64,000 nt of DNA from the NCBI GenBank assembly GCA_029961055.1, contig JASBVM010000048.1, positions 5,600-69,599 on the forward strand, read 5' to 3'. A program made the translations under genes and the position numbers. Every line of letters begins with the position of its first letter. Within the stretch, counting starts at the first letter, position 1. Shown here piece by piece: positions 41,827-51,307 of this stretch. Source of the stretch: Bacillota bacterium (GTDB lineage: Bacteria > Bacillota > Sulfobacillia > JAIMAT01). The notes beneath the pieces are model-generated. The model saw nothing but the letters and a program-made list of their open reading frames with translations. It was not told the DNA's origin and made no database searches.

Positions 41827-42788
41827 GCGCCGCCGGAGCGGCCGAGGCGGTGCGGCCGCCGCCCGGCCGGGGCCGCGGACCCGGGGAGGCGCCGCCCCAG
41901 TTCGAGCAACAGCCGTCGCTCGATGCGGGCCAGCGCCTCCCGGCTCCAGCCGGCCACGTGCGGGGTGAGGAGGACCCGGGGGTGGCCCGCCAGCGGATCG
42001 GGCCGGGGAGGCGGCTCCTTCCGCACGTCCAGCGCCGCCACGGCCGGGCGACCCCGTTCCAGGGCGCGCGCCAGCGCCTCCTCGTCCAGGAGGTTGCCGC
42101 GAGCCGTGTTCACCAGGATCGAGCCGCGCCGGAAGAGGCGGAACCGCTCCTCGCCCAGCAGGTGGTGCGTCTCGCGCGTGAGCGGCAGGTGGAGGCTGAC
42201 CACGTCGGAGCGGGCGATCAGCTGGTCCAGCTCGCTCCAGCGGACTCCCGCGGGAGGCGGCTCGGACAGGCTCCGGGGCGGCAGGGCCAGGACGGTCAGC
42301 CCCCAGGCGCCCGCCAGCGTCGCCACCCGGCGGCCGACGGCTCCGAAGCCGACCACGCCCCAGGTGGCGCCGGCGAGCTCGCGACCTGCCAGCTCCAGCC
42401 GTTCCGAGGCGGTGGCCCGGCTCGAGCCGAGGGCGCGGTGGAGCTGGCGTGCCGCCGCCAGGGCCAGCGTCCAGGTGAACTCCGCCGTCGCCTCGGCGTT
42501 CTCGCCGGGGGCGGCCAGCACCTCCACCCGGAGGCGGCGCGCCGCCTCCAGGTCCACGTTGTCCAGCCCCGACCCCAGCCGGGCGAGGACCCGGAGCTCG
42601 GGCGCCAGGCGGGCGAGCAGGGGCGACCCGACCTCGGTCCGGTTCCGGACCACCAGCGCCCAGGGCCTCCGCCCTGCCGGCAGCTCCCCGTGCGCCAGCG
42701 CGCGGCCGTCGACGTAGACCGCCTCGTCCATCCGCCGGAGCGAGCGCCAGAAGAGCGGCGAGACGGGTTCCGCCACCCAGACGGTCAT
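41811..42788 (-). CDS. D-isomer-specific 2-hydroxyacid dehydrogenase (NAD-binding).
   Basis: GVVGFGAVGRRVATLAGAWG (Rossmann), SLHLPLTRETHHLLG, NTARGNLLDEEAL and the catalytic His region. Confidence 0.75.
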   Translation of the reverse strand: MTVWVAEPVSPLFWRSLRRMDEAVYVDGRALAHGELPAGRRPWALVVRNRTEVGSPLLARLAPELRVLARLGSGLDNVDLEAARRLRVEVLAAPGENAEATAEFTWTLALAAARQLHRALGSSRATASERLELAGRELAGATWGVVGFGAVGRRVATLAGAWGLTVLALPPRSLSEPPPAGVRWSELDQLIARSDVVSLHLPLTRETHHLLGEERFRLFRRGSILVNTARGNLLDEEALARALERGRPAVAALDVRKEPPPRPDPLAGHPRVLLTPHVAGWSREALARIERRLLLELGRRLPGSAAPAGRRPHRLGRSGGAQPSR

Positions 42789-42807
42789 CCACCTTCCCCG
42801 GCGGAGT

Positions 42808-43746
42808 CTATGCGCGCTCGCTCCACTCCTGCAGCCCGAACAACCGGGCCGCGTTGCCGCCCAGGAAGAGGCGGATGGCCTCCTCGGGCCAGCGCAGGTA
42901 ACGGGCCGCCCTGAGCTGGTCGGCCAGGTAGCGGACGGAGAAGCCGCGGGGGAACCAGCTGGAGTCCGTGCCGAAGAGGATCCGCTCCGGCCCCACCATC
43001 TCGTAGGCCTTCTGGAGCAACGACTCCAGCGTGAGCGGGTAGGGCATCCAGCGCATCCACTGGTTCGAACCGGAGGTGTCGATGTAGATGTTGGGCAGGC
43101 TCCAGCAGAGCTGGAGCAGATCCTGCCAGTATCCGGCGCCGAAGTGCGGGATGATGAAGGGGATGTCCAGGAACTCCCGCGCCACCGGCCAGAGCGTCAG
43201 CGGGCTCATCCGGGGCGAGTAGACCACGCCGCCGGCGTGGCCGAGCAGGCCGAAGTGGATCAGCACCGGGATGCGACGGTCCGCCAGGTACTTCCAGATG
43301 GGGCGGAGCGAGGGATCCTCGAACGGGACGGGCATCCGCGGCCCGAACATCTTGTAGCCGACGAAGCCGAACTCCTCGACGCCACGCCGGAGCTGCTCCA
43401 GCGCATCCGGCGCGGTCGGATCGTGGTGGACCATCCCCAGGAAGCGATCCGGATGGCGGCGGACCACCGCCGCCAGGCGCTCGTTGCCGCCCCCGGTGAC
43501 GAAGCAGACCCGCTCCACGCCATGACGGTCCAGCTCCTCGACCCAGCGGTCGGCCAGCTGCTCGGCCTCCTCGGGGGTCGACGGCGGTGGCTCGGGGGGA
43601 CCGGGGAACTGCCATTCTTGGCGCATCCGCTCGTCGCGCTCGCGGGCGTAGGCGACCAGGGCGGGATGCTGCGTGCCCGCCGGCGGCCAGGCACCGTAGA
43701 CGAAGTGGACATGGGTATCCAGCACGCGGAACCCTTCGTAAGCCAT
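42808..43746 (-). CDS. Amidohydrolase-2 family TIM-barrel metal-dependent hydrolase.
   Basis: VLDTHVHFV...PVLIHFG...FGTDSSWFP. Confidence 0.65.
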   Translation of the reverse strand: MAYEGFRVLDTHVHFVYGAWPPAGTQHPALVAYARERDERMRQEWQFPGPPEPPPSTPEEAEQLADRWVEELDRHGVERVCFVTGGGNERLAAVVRRHPDRFLGMVHHDPTAPDALEQLRRGVEEFGFVGYKMFGPRMPVPFEDPSLRPIWKYLADRRIPVLIHFGLLGHAGGVVYSPRMSPLTLWPVAREFLDIPFIIPHFGAGYWQDLLQLCWSLPNIYIDTSGSNQWMRWMPYPLTLESLLQKAYEMVGPERILFGTDSSWFPRGFSVRYLADQLRAARYLRWPEEAIRLFLGGNAARLFGLQEWSERA

Positions 43747-43808
43747 GGCGACACCTCCGCGGGAAGGCCCGCCGGAGAGGGCGGCGGGCCTTCTTCATCC
43801 TGTCCCGA

Positions 43809-44573
43809 TCAGGCGCTCTTCGACTTGCTGGCGAGCCAGCGCGTGAAGCCGCGGGCGATGGTCTGCCGGTTGGCCTCGGCGATGGCGGTGGTGAGCGGGA
43901 TCCCCTTGGGGCAGGCGCGGACGCAGTTCTGCGCGTTGCCGCAGTCCTCGACGCCGCCGGGCTCCATCAGCGCGTCCAGCCGCTCGTCCGCGTTGTAGCG
44001 TCCGGTGGGATGGGCGTTGAAGAGGACCACCTGCGCGATGGGCTGCGCGCCGATGAAGCGCGACTGGGGCCCGTAGTTGGGGCAGACCTCCAGGCAGACG
44101 CCGCAGGTCATGCAGCGCGAGAGCTCGTAGCGCCACTGCTGCTCCTGGTCGGAGATGCGCGGTCCGGGTCCCAGCGGGTAGGTGCCGTCGAGCGGGATCC
44201 AGGCCTTCACCTTCTTCAGGTTCTCGAACATGCGCGAGCGGTCGACGATCAGGTCGCGCACCACCGGGAAGGAGTGCATCGGCTCCAGGGTGATGGGCTC
44301 TTCGACCTTGTCCACCAGCGTGGAGCAGGCCTGGCGGGCGCGGCCGTTGATCACCATGCTGCAGGCGCCGCAGACCTCCTCCAGGCAGCTGGACTCCCAG
44401 GCGACCGGCGTCGTCGGCTGCCCGGCGGCGTTGACCGGGTTCCGCTGGATCGCCATCAGCGCGCTGATCACGTTCATCCCCGGCTCGTAGGGGACCTCGA
44501 AGTCCTCCCAGCGGGGCGTCGCCTCGGGGTTCTCCTGCCGCCGGATCCGCAGCTTGACACTCTCTCGGGCCAC
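43809..44573 (-). CDS. sdhB: Succinate dehydrogenase iron-sulfur subunit.
   Basis: CLEEVCGACSMVINGRARQAC, CMTCGVCLEVCP, CGNAQNCVRACP. Confidence 0.9.
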   Translation of the reverse strand: MARESVKLRIRRQENPEATPRWEDFEVPYEPGMNVISALMAIQRNPVNAAGQPTTPVAWESSCLEEVCGACSMVINGRARQACSTLVDKVEEPITLEPMHSFPVVRDLIVDRSRMFENLKKVKAWIPLDGTYPLGPGPRISDQEQQWRYELSRCMTCGVCLEVCPNYGPQSRFIGAQPIAQVVLFNAHPTGRYNADERLDALMEPGGVEDCGNAQNCVRACPKGIPLTTAIAEANRQTIARGFTRWLASKSKSA

Positions 44574-44604
44574 AGGCTCTCTCCCCCTCCGATTCCGAGC
44601 GGTC

Positions 44605-46344
44605 TCAGTCGTACTTGCGCGGGCGCGGCGGGATGAGCGAGGTGTCCACCGGCTCGTAGCTGAACTTCGGCCCGTCGGGCGTGAAGGTGACGATGGTCGT
44701 CTTCAGCCAGTGCTCGTCGTCCCGCTCGGGGAACTCGGGCTTGTAGTGGGCGCCCCGGCTCTCGTTCCGGTTGAGCGCGCCCAGGGTGATCGCCCGCGCC
44801 AGCTGGAGCATGTGGTAGAGGTGGGCGGTGAACTGCACCGACTGGTTGGTCCAGCGCCCGGCGTCGGGGGTGCCGATCCGCTGCCAGCGCTCCAGCAGCT
44901 CCTGGATCTTGGCGTCGGTCTCGCGGAGCCGGTCGTTGTAGCGGACCACCGTCACGTTGTCCGTCATGATCTGGCCCAGCTCCTGGTGGATGCGGTACGG
45001 GTTCTCCGTGCCGTCCATCCGGTAGATCCGCTCGTACCACTCCTCCGCGCGCTTCCTCTCCGCCTCGAAGAGGCTCTCGGGCAGGTCCCAGGCGTCCCGG
45101 TCCAGCCCCTCGACGTGCTTCTGGATGGTGGGCACCACCGCCATCCCGTCGTAGATGCAGGAGAGCAGCGAGTTGGCGCCCAGCCGGTTGGCGCCGTGGT
45201 GCTGGTACTCCGCCTCACCGGCGCCGAAGATGCCGGGCACCGACGCCTGCATGCCGTAGTCGACCCAGAGGCCGCCCATGTTGTAATGGACCGTGGGGAA
45301 GACCTTCATGGGCACCTTGCGCGGGTCGTCGCCCACGAACTTCTCGTAGATCTCCAGCACGCCGCCCAGCTTCCGCTCCAGCACGTCCGCGGGGATGTGG
45401 GTGACGTCCAGGTAGACCATGTTCTTGCCGTCGATGCCCAGGTGCTGGTTGACGCAGACGTCGAAGATCTCCCGCGTGGCGATGTCCCGCGGCACCAGGT
45501 TGCCGTAGTGCGGGTACTTCTCCTCCAGGAAGTACCAGGGCTTCCCGTCCTTGTAGACCCAGACCCGGCCGCCCTCGCCGCGGATCGACTCCGACATCAG
45601 GCGGTTCTTGTCCCCGCCTGGGATGGCCGTGGGATGGACCTGGATGAACTCGGGGTTGGCGTACTTCAGCCCCTGCTGATAGAGGATGCTGAGCGGCGCC
45701 CCGTCGTTGATGATGGAGTTGGTGCTCTTGCCGAAGATGACGCCCAGCCCGCCGGTGGCGATCACCACCGCGTTGGCGCGGAAGGCCCGGATCTCCATGG
45801 AGTGGAGATCCTGGGCGATGATGCCGCGGCCGATCCCCTGGTCGTCGATCACCGCCCCCAGGAAGTCCCACATCTCATACTTGGTGACGGCCCCCTCGAC
45901 CTCCCAGCGCCGGACCTGCTCGTCCAGGGCGTACATCAGCTGCTGGCCGGTGGTGGCGCCGGCGAAGGCGGTGCGGTGGAACTGGGTGCCGCCGAAGCGC
46001 CGGAAGTCGATCAGCCCCTCGGGCGTCCGGTTGAAGGGCACTCCCATGCGGTCGAACATGTAGATGATGTCGGGCGCCGCCTGGCACATGCCCAGCACCG
46101 GTGGCTGGTTGGCCAGGAAGTCGCCGCCGTAGACCGTGTCGTCGAAGTGCTGCCAGGGCGAGTCCCCCTCGCCCTTGGTGTTGACGGCCCCGTTGATGCC
46201 CCCCTGGGCGCAGACCGAGTGCGAGCGCTTGACCGGCACCAGCGAGAAGAGGTCGACATGGAAGCCCGCCTCGGCCGCGCGGATGGTGGTCATGAGCCCC
46301 GCCAGCCCGCCGCCGACGACGATGATCCGGTTCTGCTTCGCCAA
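44605..46344 (-). CDS. sdhA: Succinate dehydrogenase flavoprotein subunit.
   Basis: IIVVGGGLAGLM...HSVCAQGGINGA...RSHSV (covalent FAD His). Confidence 0.92.
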   Translation of the reverse strand: MAKQNRIIVVGGGLAGLMTTIRAAEAGFHVDLFSLVPVKRSHSVCAQGGINGAVNTKGEGDSPWQHFDDTVYGGDFLANQPPVLGMCQAAPDIIYMFDRMGVPFNRTPEGLIDFRRFGGTQFHRTAFAGATTGQQLMYALDEQVRRWEVEGAVTKYEMWDFLGAVIDDQGIGRGIIAQDLHSMEIRAFRANAVVIATGGLGVIFGKSTNSIINDGAPLSILYQQGLKYANPEFIQVHPTAIPGGDKNRLMSESIRGEGGRVWVYKDGKPWYFLEEKYPHYGNLVPRDIATREIFDVCVNQHLGIDGKNMVYLDVTHIPADVLERKLGGVLEIYEKFVGDDPRKVPMKVFPTVHYNMGGLWVDYGMQASVPGIFGAGEAEYQHHGANRLGANSLLSCIYDGMAVVPTIQKHVEGLDRDAWDLPESLFEAERKRAEEWYERIYRMDGTENPYRIHQELGQIMTDNVTVVRYNDRLRETDAKIQELLERWQRIGTPDAGRWTNQSVQFTAHLYHMLQLARAITLGALNRNESRGAHYKPEFPERDDEHWLKTTIVTFTPDGPKFSYEPVDTSLIPPRPRKYD

Positions 46345-46371
46345 GATCGTTGCCCCCTTTGCCCACGCCGC

Positions 46372-46971
46372 TTACGCCACGAAGGCGATGGCCGAACCCA
46401 CGCCGAGGACGCTGAGCGCCACGAAGAAGACGGCCAGCACCCACTGGGCCACCCGTTGCGCCCGCGGGCTGATCAGGATCCCCCAGTTGATCCCGAAGAG
46501 CCAGAGACCGTTGGACAGGTGCCAGGTGGCGGAGAGGATGCCGAGGATGTAGAAGGCCAGACCCCAGGGGCTGGACAGCTCGCCGGCCACCTTGGCGAAG
46601 CTGGCGCTGGGCCCGACGAAGCGTATCGTGAGCACGTGGTAGACGATGAAGACGAAAACAATCACGCCCGTGGCGCGCTGAAGCAGAAAGAACCAATTGC
46701 GCGCGAACGGGTAACGATTCACGTTGTACCGGGCGTCCCGCATGACGACGAATCCGTAAACGGCATGATAAAGAATCGGAAGATAAATGAGGAGAGTCTC
46801 GACCACGATGAGCGCCGGAAGGCTTTCCAGGAGGCGGACGACTTGGTTATAGGCGGCAGGCCCGGCAAAGGCGGCCGAATTGGCCCAGAGGTGGAAGATC
46901 AGAAAGACGCCGACGGGGACGACACCGCTCAGCGAATGCAGTCGGCTCCAGAAAAAGTGGCTGACGCGCAA
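46372..46971 (-). CDS. sdhC: Succinate dehydrogenase cytochrome b558 subunit (Bacillus-type single 5-TM anchor).
   Basis: TTG start (MRVSHFFWSRLHSLSGVVPVGVFLIFHL...) after an AAGGGAGAGAGG RBS; collinear with B. subtilis SdhC. The rest of the 1060-aa track ORF was rejected. Confidence 0.8.
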   Translation of the reverse strand: MRVSHFFWSRLHSLSGVVPVGVFLIFHLWANSAAFAGPAAYNQVVRLLESLPALIVVETLLIYLPILYHAVYGFVVMRDARYNVNRYPFARNWFFLLQRATGVIVFVFIVYHVLTIRFVGPSASFAKVAGELSSPWGLAFYILGILSATWHLSNGLWLFGINWGILISPRAQRVAQWVLAVFFVALSVLGVGSAIAFVA

Positions 46972-47044
46972 TCGGCCTCTCTCCCTTCGCCGTGCGCCCG
47001 GTCGAAGCCGCCGAGCGGCGGCAATGTTCCTCGACACGGGTAAA

Positions 47045-47053
47045 AGTATAGCA
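47045..47053 (-). promoter_or_regulatory. Extended -10 element (TGcTATACT) of a candidate sdhCAB promoter.
   Basis: AT-rich TGCTATACT about 75 nt upstream of the sdhC TTG start. Confidence 0.4.
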
Positions 47054-47118
47054 CCGGCCCTAGGTGATCCACCCGATCCCGGGGAGGCGAGGGCGGCCGC
47101 GTCGGCTGCGAGCGGCGG

Positions 47119-48819
47119 ATGGATAGAATGGCCAGAGGAGGTAGGGTCTTGCTCGGTCGCCGCACCCGTCATCTGGACCGGTTTCGGCAGGTCGCCCGGA
47201 CGCTCGGCCGCTTCGGCTTCGGCTGGGTGCTGGGCCAGCTGGGCCTGGCCGGTCTGGCCCCGCTGACCCCGCTCCGCGGCCGGCCCGAGCTGGCGAGGCT
47301 GAACCGCGGCGAACGGATCCGCATGATGCTGGAGGAGCTGGGCCCCACCTTCGTCAAGCTGGGACAGCTCGCCTCCACCCGCTCCGACCTTCCCCCGGAC
47401 ATCCTCGCCGAGCTGAGCAAGCTCCAGGACCAGGTCCCGCCCTTCCCCTACGCCGAGGCGCGACGGCTGGTCGAAGGCGAGCTGCGGCGACCGCTGAGCG
47501 AGACCTTCCGCGTCTTCGACCCGGTGCCGGTGGCCGCCGCCAGCCTGGGGCAGGTCCATCACGCGGTCCTCCTCGACGGCACCGAGGTGGCCGTCAAGGT
47601 GCAGCGACCCGGGGTCCGGCGGCAGGTGCGCGTCGACCTCGACCTGCTGCGGGAGCTGGCGGCGCTGGCCGACCGGCGTCTCCCCCAGCGCGGCCCGACC
47701 AGCTTCGTCGAGATCGCCGAGGAGCTCGCCCAGATGCTGGACAGGGAGCTGGACTACACGCAGGAGGCGAGCCACGCGGGTCGGATCGGCCGGTTCTTCG
47801 CCGGTTCGGACGAGGTGGTGATCCCGCGCGTCTACCCGGCGCTCAGCACCAGCCGCCTGCTCACCCTCTCCTGGGTGGAGGGGACCCACCTCAGCCGCAT
47901 CCTGGCCGGCCAGGACGGCGTGAACGATCCGGAACGGGTGGCGCGCCGGATCGGCAGCTCGATGTTCGACCAGATCTTCAAGCTCGGCCTCTTCCATGCC
48001 GACCCGCACCCCGGGAACATCCTGGTGCTGCCCGAGGGCCGGATCGCCTACCTCGACTTCGGCATGGTCGGGCGGCTGGGGCCGCGCCGCCGCGAGCAGT
48101 TCTCCTCCCTGGTCGTGGCGCTTCTCGAGCGGGACGCGAGCAAGATCGTGCGCGCCATCCTGGAGATGGGCATCGCCCCGGACGATCTCGACCTCCCCCG
48201 CTTCGAGGAAGAGGTGGAAGAGGTGCGCGACCGGTTCTACGACCGGCCGCTCCGCCAGATCCCCATCGGCGAGGCGGTCCAGGCGGTCCTGGGCCTCGCC
48301 TGGCGGTACCGGATCCGCATTCCCGGCGACTTCTCCACCCTGGGCAAGACGCTCATCACCCTGGAGGGGGTCATCGAACAGCTGGCGCCTGAGGTGAGCG
48401 TGGTCGAGCTGGCGGAGCCCTACGGGCGGGAGCTCCTGTGGCAGCGCTTCGACCCGCGCCGGGTCGCGCGCAGGGTGACGGACTCGGCCGGCGAGACCGT
48501 CCGCGACCTGAGCCAGGTGCCGCCGGCGGTGGTGCGTCTGCTGCACCGCGCGGAGGCCGGCCGGATCGGCTTCGAGGTCCGGGCGGAGCAGCTGGACCGG
48601 GCGGTCCGCGCCATCGAGCGGAGCACGGGCCGGCTGGCGACCGCCGTGCTCCTCCTCGCCCTCAGCGTCCTGGCCGCCGGCCTGCTGGTGGCCGCTGCGC
48701 TGCAGGCTCCGGTGGGGCTCCTCCACTCGCCCCGCCTCGTGCAGGGGTCGCTGGCGATGGGGGCGGTCCTCGTGCTGGCGCTCCTGCTGGAAACGATCCG
48801 CATGCTCCGGGGCCGCTGA
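47119..48819 (+). CDS. ubiB: ABC1/UbiB-family atypical kinase.
   Basis: FVKLGQLASTRSDLPPD...AAASLGQVHHAVL...VAVKVQRP... The start is more likely TTG 47149 (after GAGGAGGT) than ATG 47119. Confidence 0.8.
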   Translation: MDRMARGGRVLLGRRTRHLDRFRQVARTLGRFGFGWVLGQLGLAGLAPLTPLRGRPELARLNRGERIRMMLEELGPTFVKLGQLASTRSDLPPDILAELSKLQDQVPPFPYAEARRLVEGELRRPLSETFRVFDPVPVAAASLGQVHHAVLLDGTEVAVKVQRPGVRRQVRVDLDLLRELAALADRRLPQRGPTSFVEIAEELAQMLDRELDYTQEASHAGRIGRFFAGSDEVVIPRVYPALSTSRLLTLSWVEGTHLSRILAGQDGVNDPERVARRIGSSMFDQIFKLGLFHADPHPGNILVLPEGRIAYLDFGMVGRLGPRRREQFSSLVVALLERDASKIVRAILEMGIAPDDLDLPRFEEEVEEVRDRFYDRPLRQIPIGEAVQAVLGLAWRYRIRIPGDFSTLGKTLITLEGVIEQLAPEVSVVELAEPYGRELLWQRFDPRRVARRVTDSAGETVRDLSQVPPAVVRLLHRAEAGRIGFEVRAEQLDRAVRAIERSTGRLATAVLLLALSVLAAGLLVAAALQAPVGLLHSPRLVQGSLAMGAVLVLALLLETIRMLRGR

Positions 48820-48858
48820 CCGCGCCGACCGGGGGCGGCCGGGCCCGGCGCGCCCCGC

Positions 48859-49728
48859 TTGACGGCCTGGAAGGGCCGCCGGATAGTGACTAGCATGACA
48901 GGGCAGGGCTGCCGGAGGTGCGCCGTGAGGCCGTACAGCTTCTTCGCCCGGTTCTACGACCGGGTGATGCAGGCGATCCCGTACGCCGAGTGGATCGAGT
49001 ACGTCGAGGCGATCCTGGAGCGGTTCGAACACGAGCCCGCCAGCGTGGCCGACCTGGCGTGCGGAACGGGGAACACCACGCTGCCCTGGGCGCGGCGCGG
49101 CCTTCGCGTCTACGGGGTCGACCGCTCGCCGGAGATGCTGGACGAGGCGCGCCGCAAGGCGGCCGAGGAAGGGCTGGAGGTGGGCTGGCTGGAAGCGGAC
49201 CTCCGGGACTTCCTGCTGCCCGAGCCGGTGGAGCTGGAGACCTGCCTCTACGACAGCCTCAACTACCTGACGGAGGCGGACGACCTCGAGGCGGCCTTCC
49301 GGGCGGCCTACCGGAACCTTCAGCCGGGGGGCCTGCTGGTCATCGACATGAACACGGAGTACAAGCTGCTCCACGTGGAGCCCGAGACCTACTACTACCG
49401 TTCCGGGGAGGGGCCGGAGAAGCCGGAGGAGGAGTGGCACCTGATCTGGGAGCACGGCACCAACGCGGCCGAGCAGCTCTGGGAGGTCCGGCTGACCGGC
49501 TTCCTGCCCAAGCCGGGCCACCCGGGCTGCTACGAGCGCTGGGAGGAAGTCCACCGGGAGAGGGGCTACCCCGCCGCCGAGGTGGAGCGGCTCCTGCGGC
49601 GCGCGGGCTTCCGGGTGCTGGCCGCGTACGACGCCTATACCTTCGACCCCCCGGTGCCCGTCTCCGACCGGATCTTCTGGGTGGCCCGGCGCCCCGGCGG
49701 CTCCCGGCGCCTGGTGAGGCGAGGCTGA
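48859..49728 (+). CDS. Class I SAM-dependent methyltransferase.
   Basis: VADLACGTGNTTL...VYGVDRSPEML. Alternative GTG start 48925 (after GGAGGTG) gives MRPYSFFARFYD. Confidence 0.75.
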   Translation: MTAWKGRRIVTSMTGQGCRRCAVRPYSFFARFYDRVMQAIPYAEWIEYVEAILERFEHEPASVADLACGTGNTTLPWARRGLRVYGVDRSPEMLDEARRKAAEEGLEVGWLEADLRDFLLPEPVELETCLYDSLNYLTEADDLEAAFRAAYRNLQPGGLLVIDMNTEYKLLHVEPETYYYRSGEGPEKPEEEWHLIWEHGTNAAEQLWEVRLTGFLPKPGHPGCYERWEEVHRERGYPAAEVERLLRRAGFRVLAAYDAYTFDPPVPVSDRIFWVARRPGGSRRLVRRG

Positions 49729-50810
49729 TGCAGATCGGGATCATCGGTCTGCCGCTTTCCGGCAAGAGCACGCTCTTCCGCCTTCTCACCGGCGGGCGGA
49801 CGGAGGGAGCGCGGGCCGGGGGACGCGCGGACGTCCGCGTCGGCGTCGCCCAGGTGCCGGATCCGCGCCTGGACTTCCTGGCGGGGCTCTACCACCCGAA
49901 GAAGGTGACGCCCGCCACCATCCAGCTGACGGAGACCATGGGCTTCCTGCCGGGGGAAGGGGACCGGGCCCGGATCAACGAGTTCCTCAACGCGGTCCGC
50001 AGCTCGGACGCGCTCATCCACGTGGTCCGCACCTTCGAGAGCGCCGGACTGCCTCACCCGCGCGGCCGGGTCGACCCGCTGGCGGACGTGCGCGACCTGG
50101 ACCAGGAGCTGCTCCTGGCCGACCTGGCCGTGGCCGAGAGCGCTGCCGAGCGCCTCCGCCAGTCGAAGCGGCGCAGCGAGGAGGAAGGGGCGACCCTGGA
50201 GCTCCTGGAGCGCGTCCAGGAGGCGCTCGGCGCGGAGGTGCCCGTGCATGACATGGGTCTGAGCGAGGAGGAGCTCCGCCTCCTCCGGAACTACGCCTTC
50301 GTCACCGCCCGGCCGCTCCTGCTGGCGCTCAACCTGGCCGAGGAGCAGTGGTCCGCCCAGGAGATCCCGGGTCGCGAGGCACTGGAGGAGTACGCCCGCC
50401 GCCACGGCGAGCGGGTCGTCCCCTTCTGCGCCCAGGTGGAGCTGGAGGTGGCGGAGATGGAGCCGGGCGACCGCGAGGAGTTCATGCGCGCCTACGGCAT
50501 CGAGGAGACCGGGATCGAGCGCATCGCCAAGGCGGCCTACGCCTCGCTGGGCCTGATCTCCTTCCTGACGGCGGGGGAGGACGAGGTGCGCGCCTGGCCG
50601 GTGCCGGCGGGGACCACCGCCAGGCGGGCGGCGGGGAAGATCCACTCGGACCTGGAGCGCGGCTTCATCCGCGCGGAGGTCGTCGCCTTCGACGACCTGG
50701 CCCGCCTCGGCTCGATGAAGGCGGTGCGCGAGGCGGGGCTCCTCCGGCTCGAGGGGAAGGAGTATGTGGTCCGGGATGGCGACATCCTCAACATCCGCTT
50801 CAACGTCTGA
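49728..50810 (+). CDS. ychF: Redox-regulated ribosome-binding ATPase YchF.
   Basis: MQIGIIGLPLSGKSTLF... plus a C-terminal TGS domain. The ATG shares 1 nt with the upstream stop. Confidence 0.9.
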   Translation: MQIGIIGLPLSGKSTLFRLLTGGRTEGARAGGRADVRVGVAQVPDPRLDFLAGLYHPKKVTPATIQLTETMGFLPGEGDRARINEFLNAVRSSDALIHVVRTFESAGLPHPRGRVDPLADVRDLDQELLLADLAVAESAAERLRQSKRRSEEEGATLELLERVQEALGAEVPVHDMGLSEEELRLLRNYAFVTARPLLLALNLAEEQWSAQEIPGREALEEYARRHGERVVPFCAQVELEVAEMEPGDREEFMRAYGIEETGIERIAKAAYASLGLISFLTAGEDEVRAWPVPAGTTARRAAGKIHSDLERGFIRAEVVAFDDLARLGSMKAVREAGLLRLEGKEYVVRDGDILNIRFNV

Positions 50811-50849
50811 GGCCGCGCGGATCGGGGGCCGAGCCGGGGGTGGGGGCGC

Positions 50850-51263
50850 GTGCCGGACAACCTGAGCGTCGGGCGGGCCGCGGTCCGCATGGCCATCTCG
50901 CGGACGCGCGAGGAAGAGGGACGGCTCAAGGAGGAGCTGCGCGCGGAGGGGATCGCCGCCGCGGCGGTCGACCTGGGCGGCGACTTCGTCACGAGCCTGG
51001 CCAAGATGGTGGAGCGGGCCATCGTCGCCGCCCGGCGGGAAGGGGTGGTCCGGCCCATCCACGCCCACGAGGGCGCCGTCGCCGGAGCGGCGCGCGAGGC
51101 GCTGGGCATCGTGGGCCAGCGCGCCCTCGGGTTCAACATCGGCGGCAAGCTGGGCATCGCCCGGGGCGGAGGCCACCTGGCCGTGGCGGTTTTCGCCGGG
51201 GTCGGCCTGGTCTATCTCGACGACGTGGCCATCGGCCTCGCGCACCGGGCCGTGCCGGAGTAA
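50850..51263 (+). CDS. HutP-family (RNA-binding antiterminator-like) protein, orphan.
   Basis: 137 aa, collinear with B. subtilis HutP (LSVGRAAVRMAISRTREEE..., ...LAVAVFAGVGLVYLDDVAIGLAHRAV); no hut genes nearby. Confidence 0.5.
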   Translation: MPDNLSVGRAAVRMAISRTREEEGRLKEELRAEGIAAAAVDLGGDFVTSLAKMVERAIVAARREGVVRPIHAHEGAVAGAAREALGIVGQRALGFNIGGKLGIARGGGHLAVAVFAGVGLVYLDDVAIGLAHRAVPE

Positions 51264-51307
51264 CCGATGGGGCGCCGGACCGTGCCGCCCGGCACTTCTG
51301 CCGCCGG

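Noticed and set aside
46972-49554. Upstream 860 codons of the 1060-aa minus-strand ORF.
   Set aside because: Antisense to ubiB and the methyltransferase; only the C-terminal 199 codons (sdhC, TTG start at 46971) have homology and an RBS.
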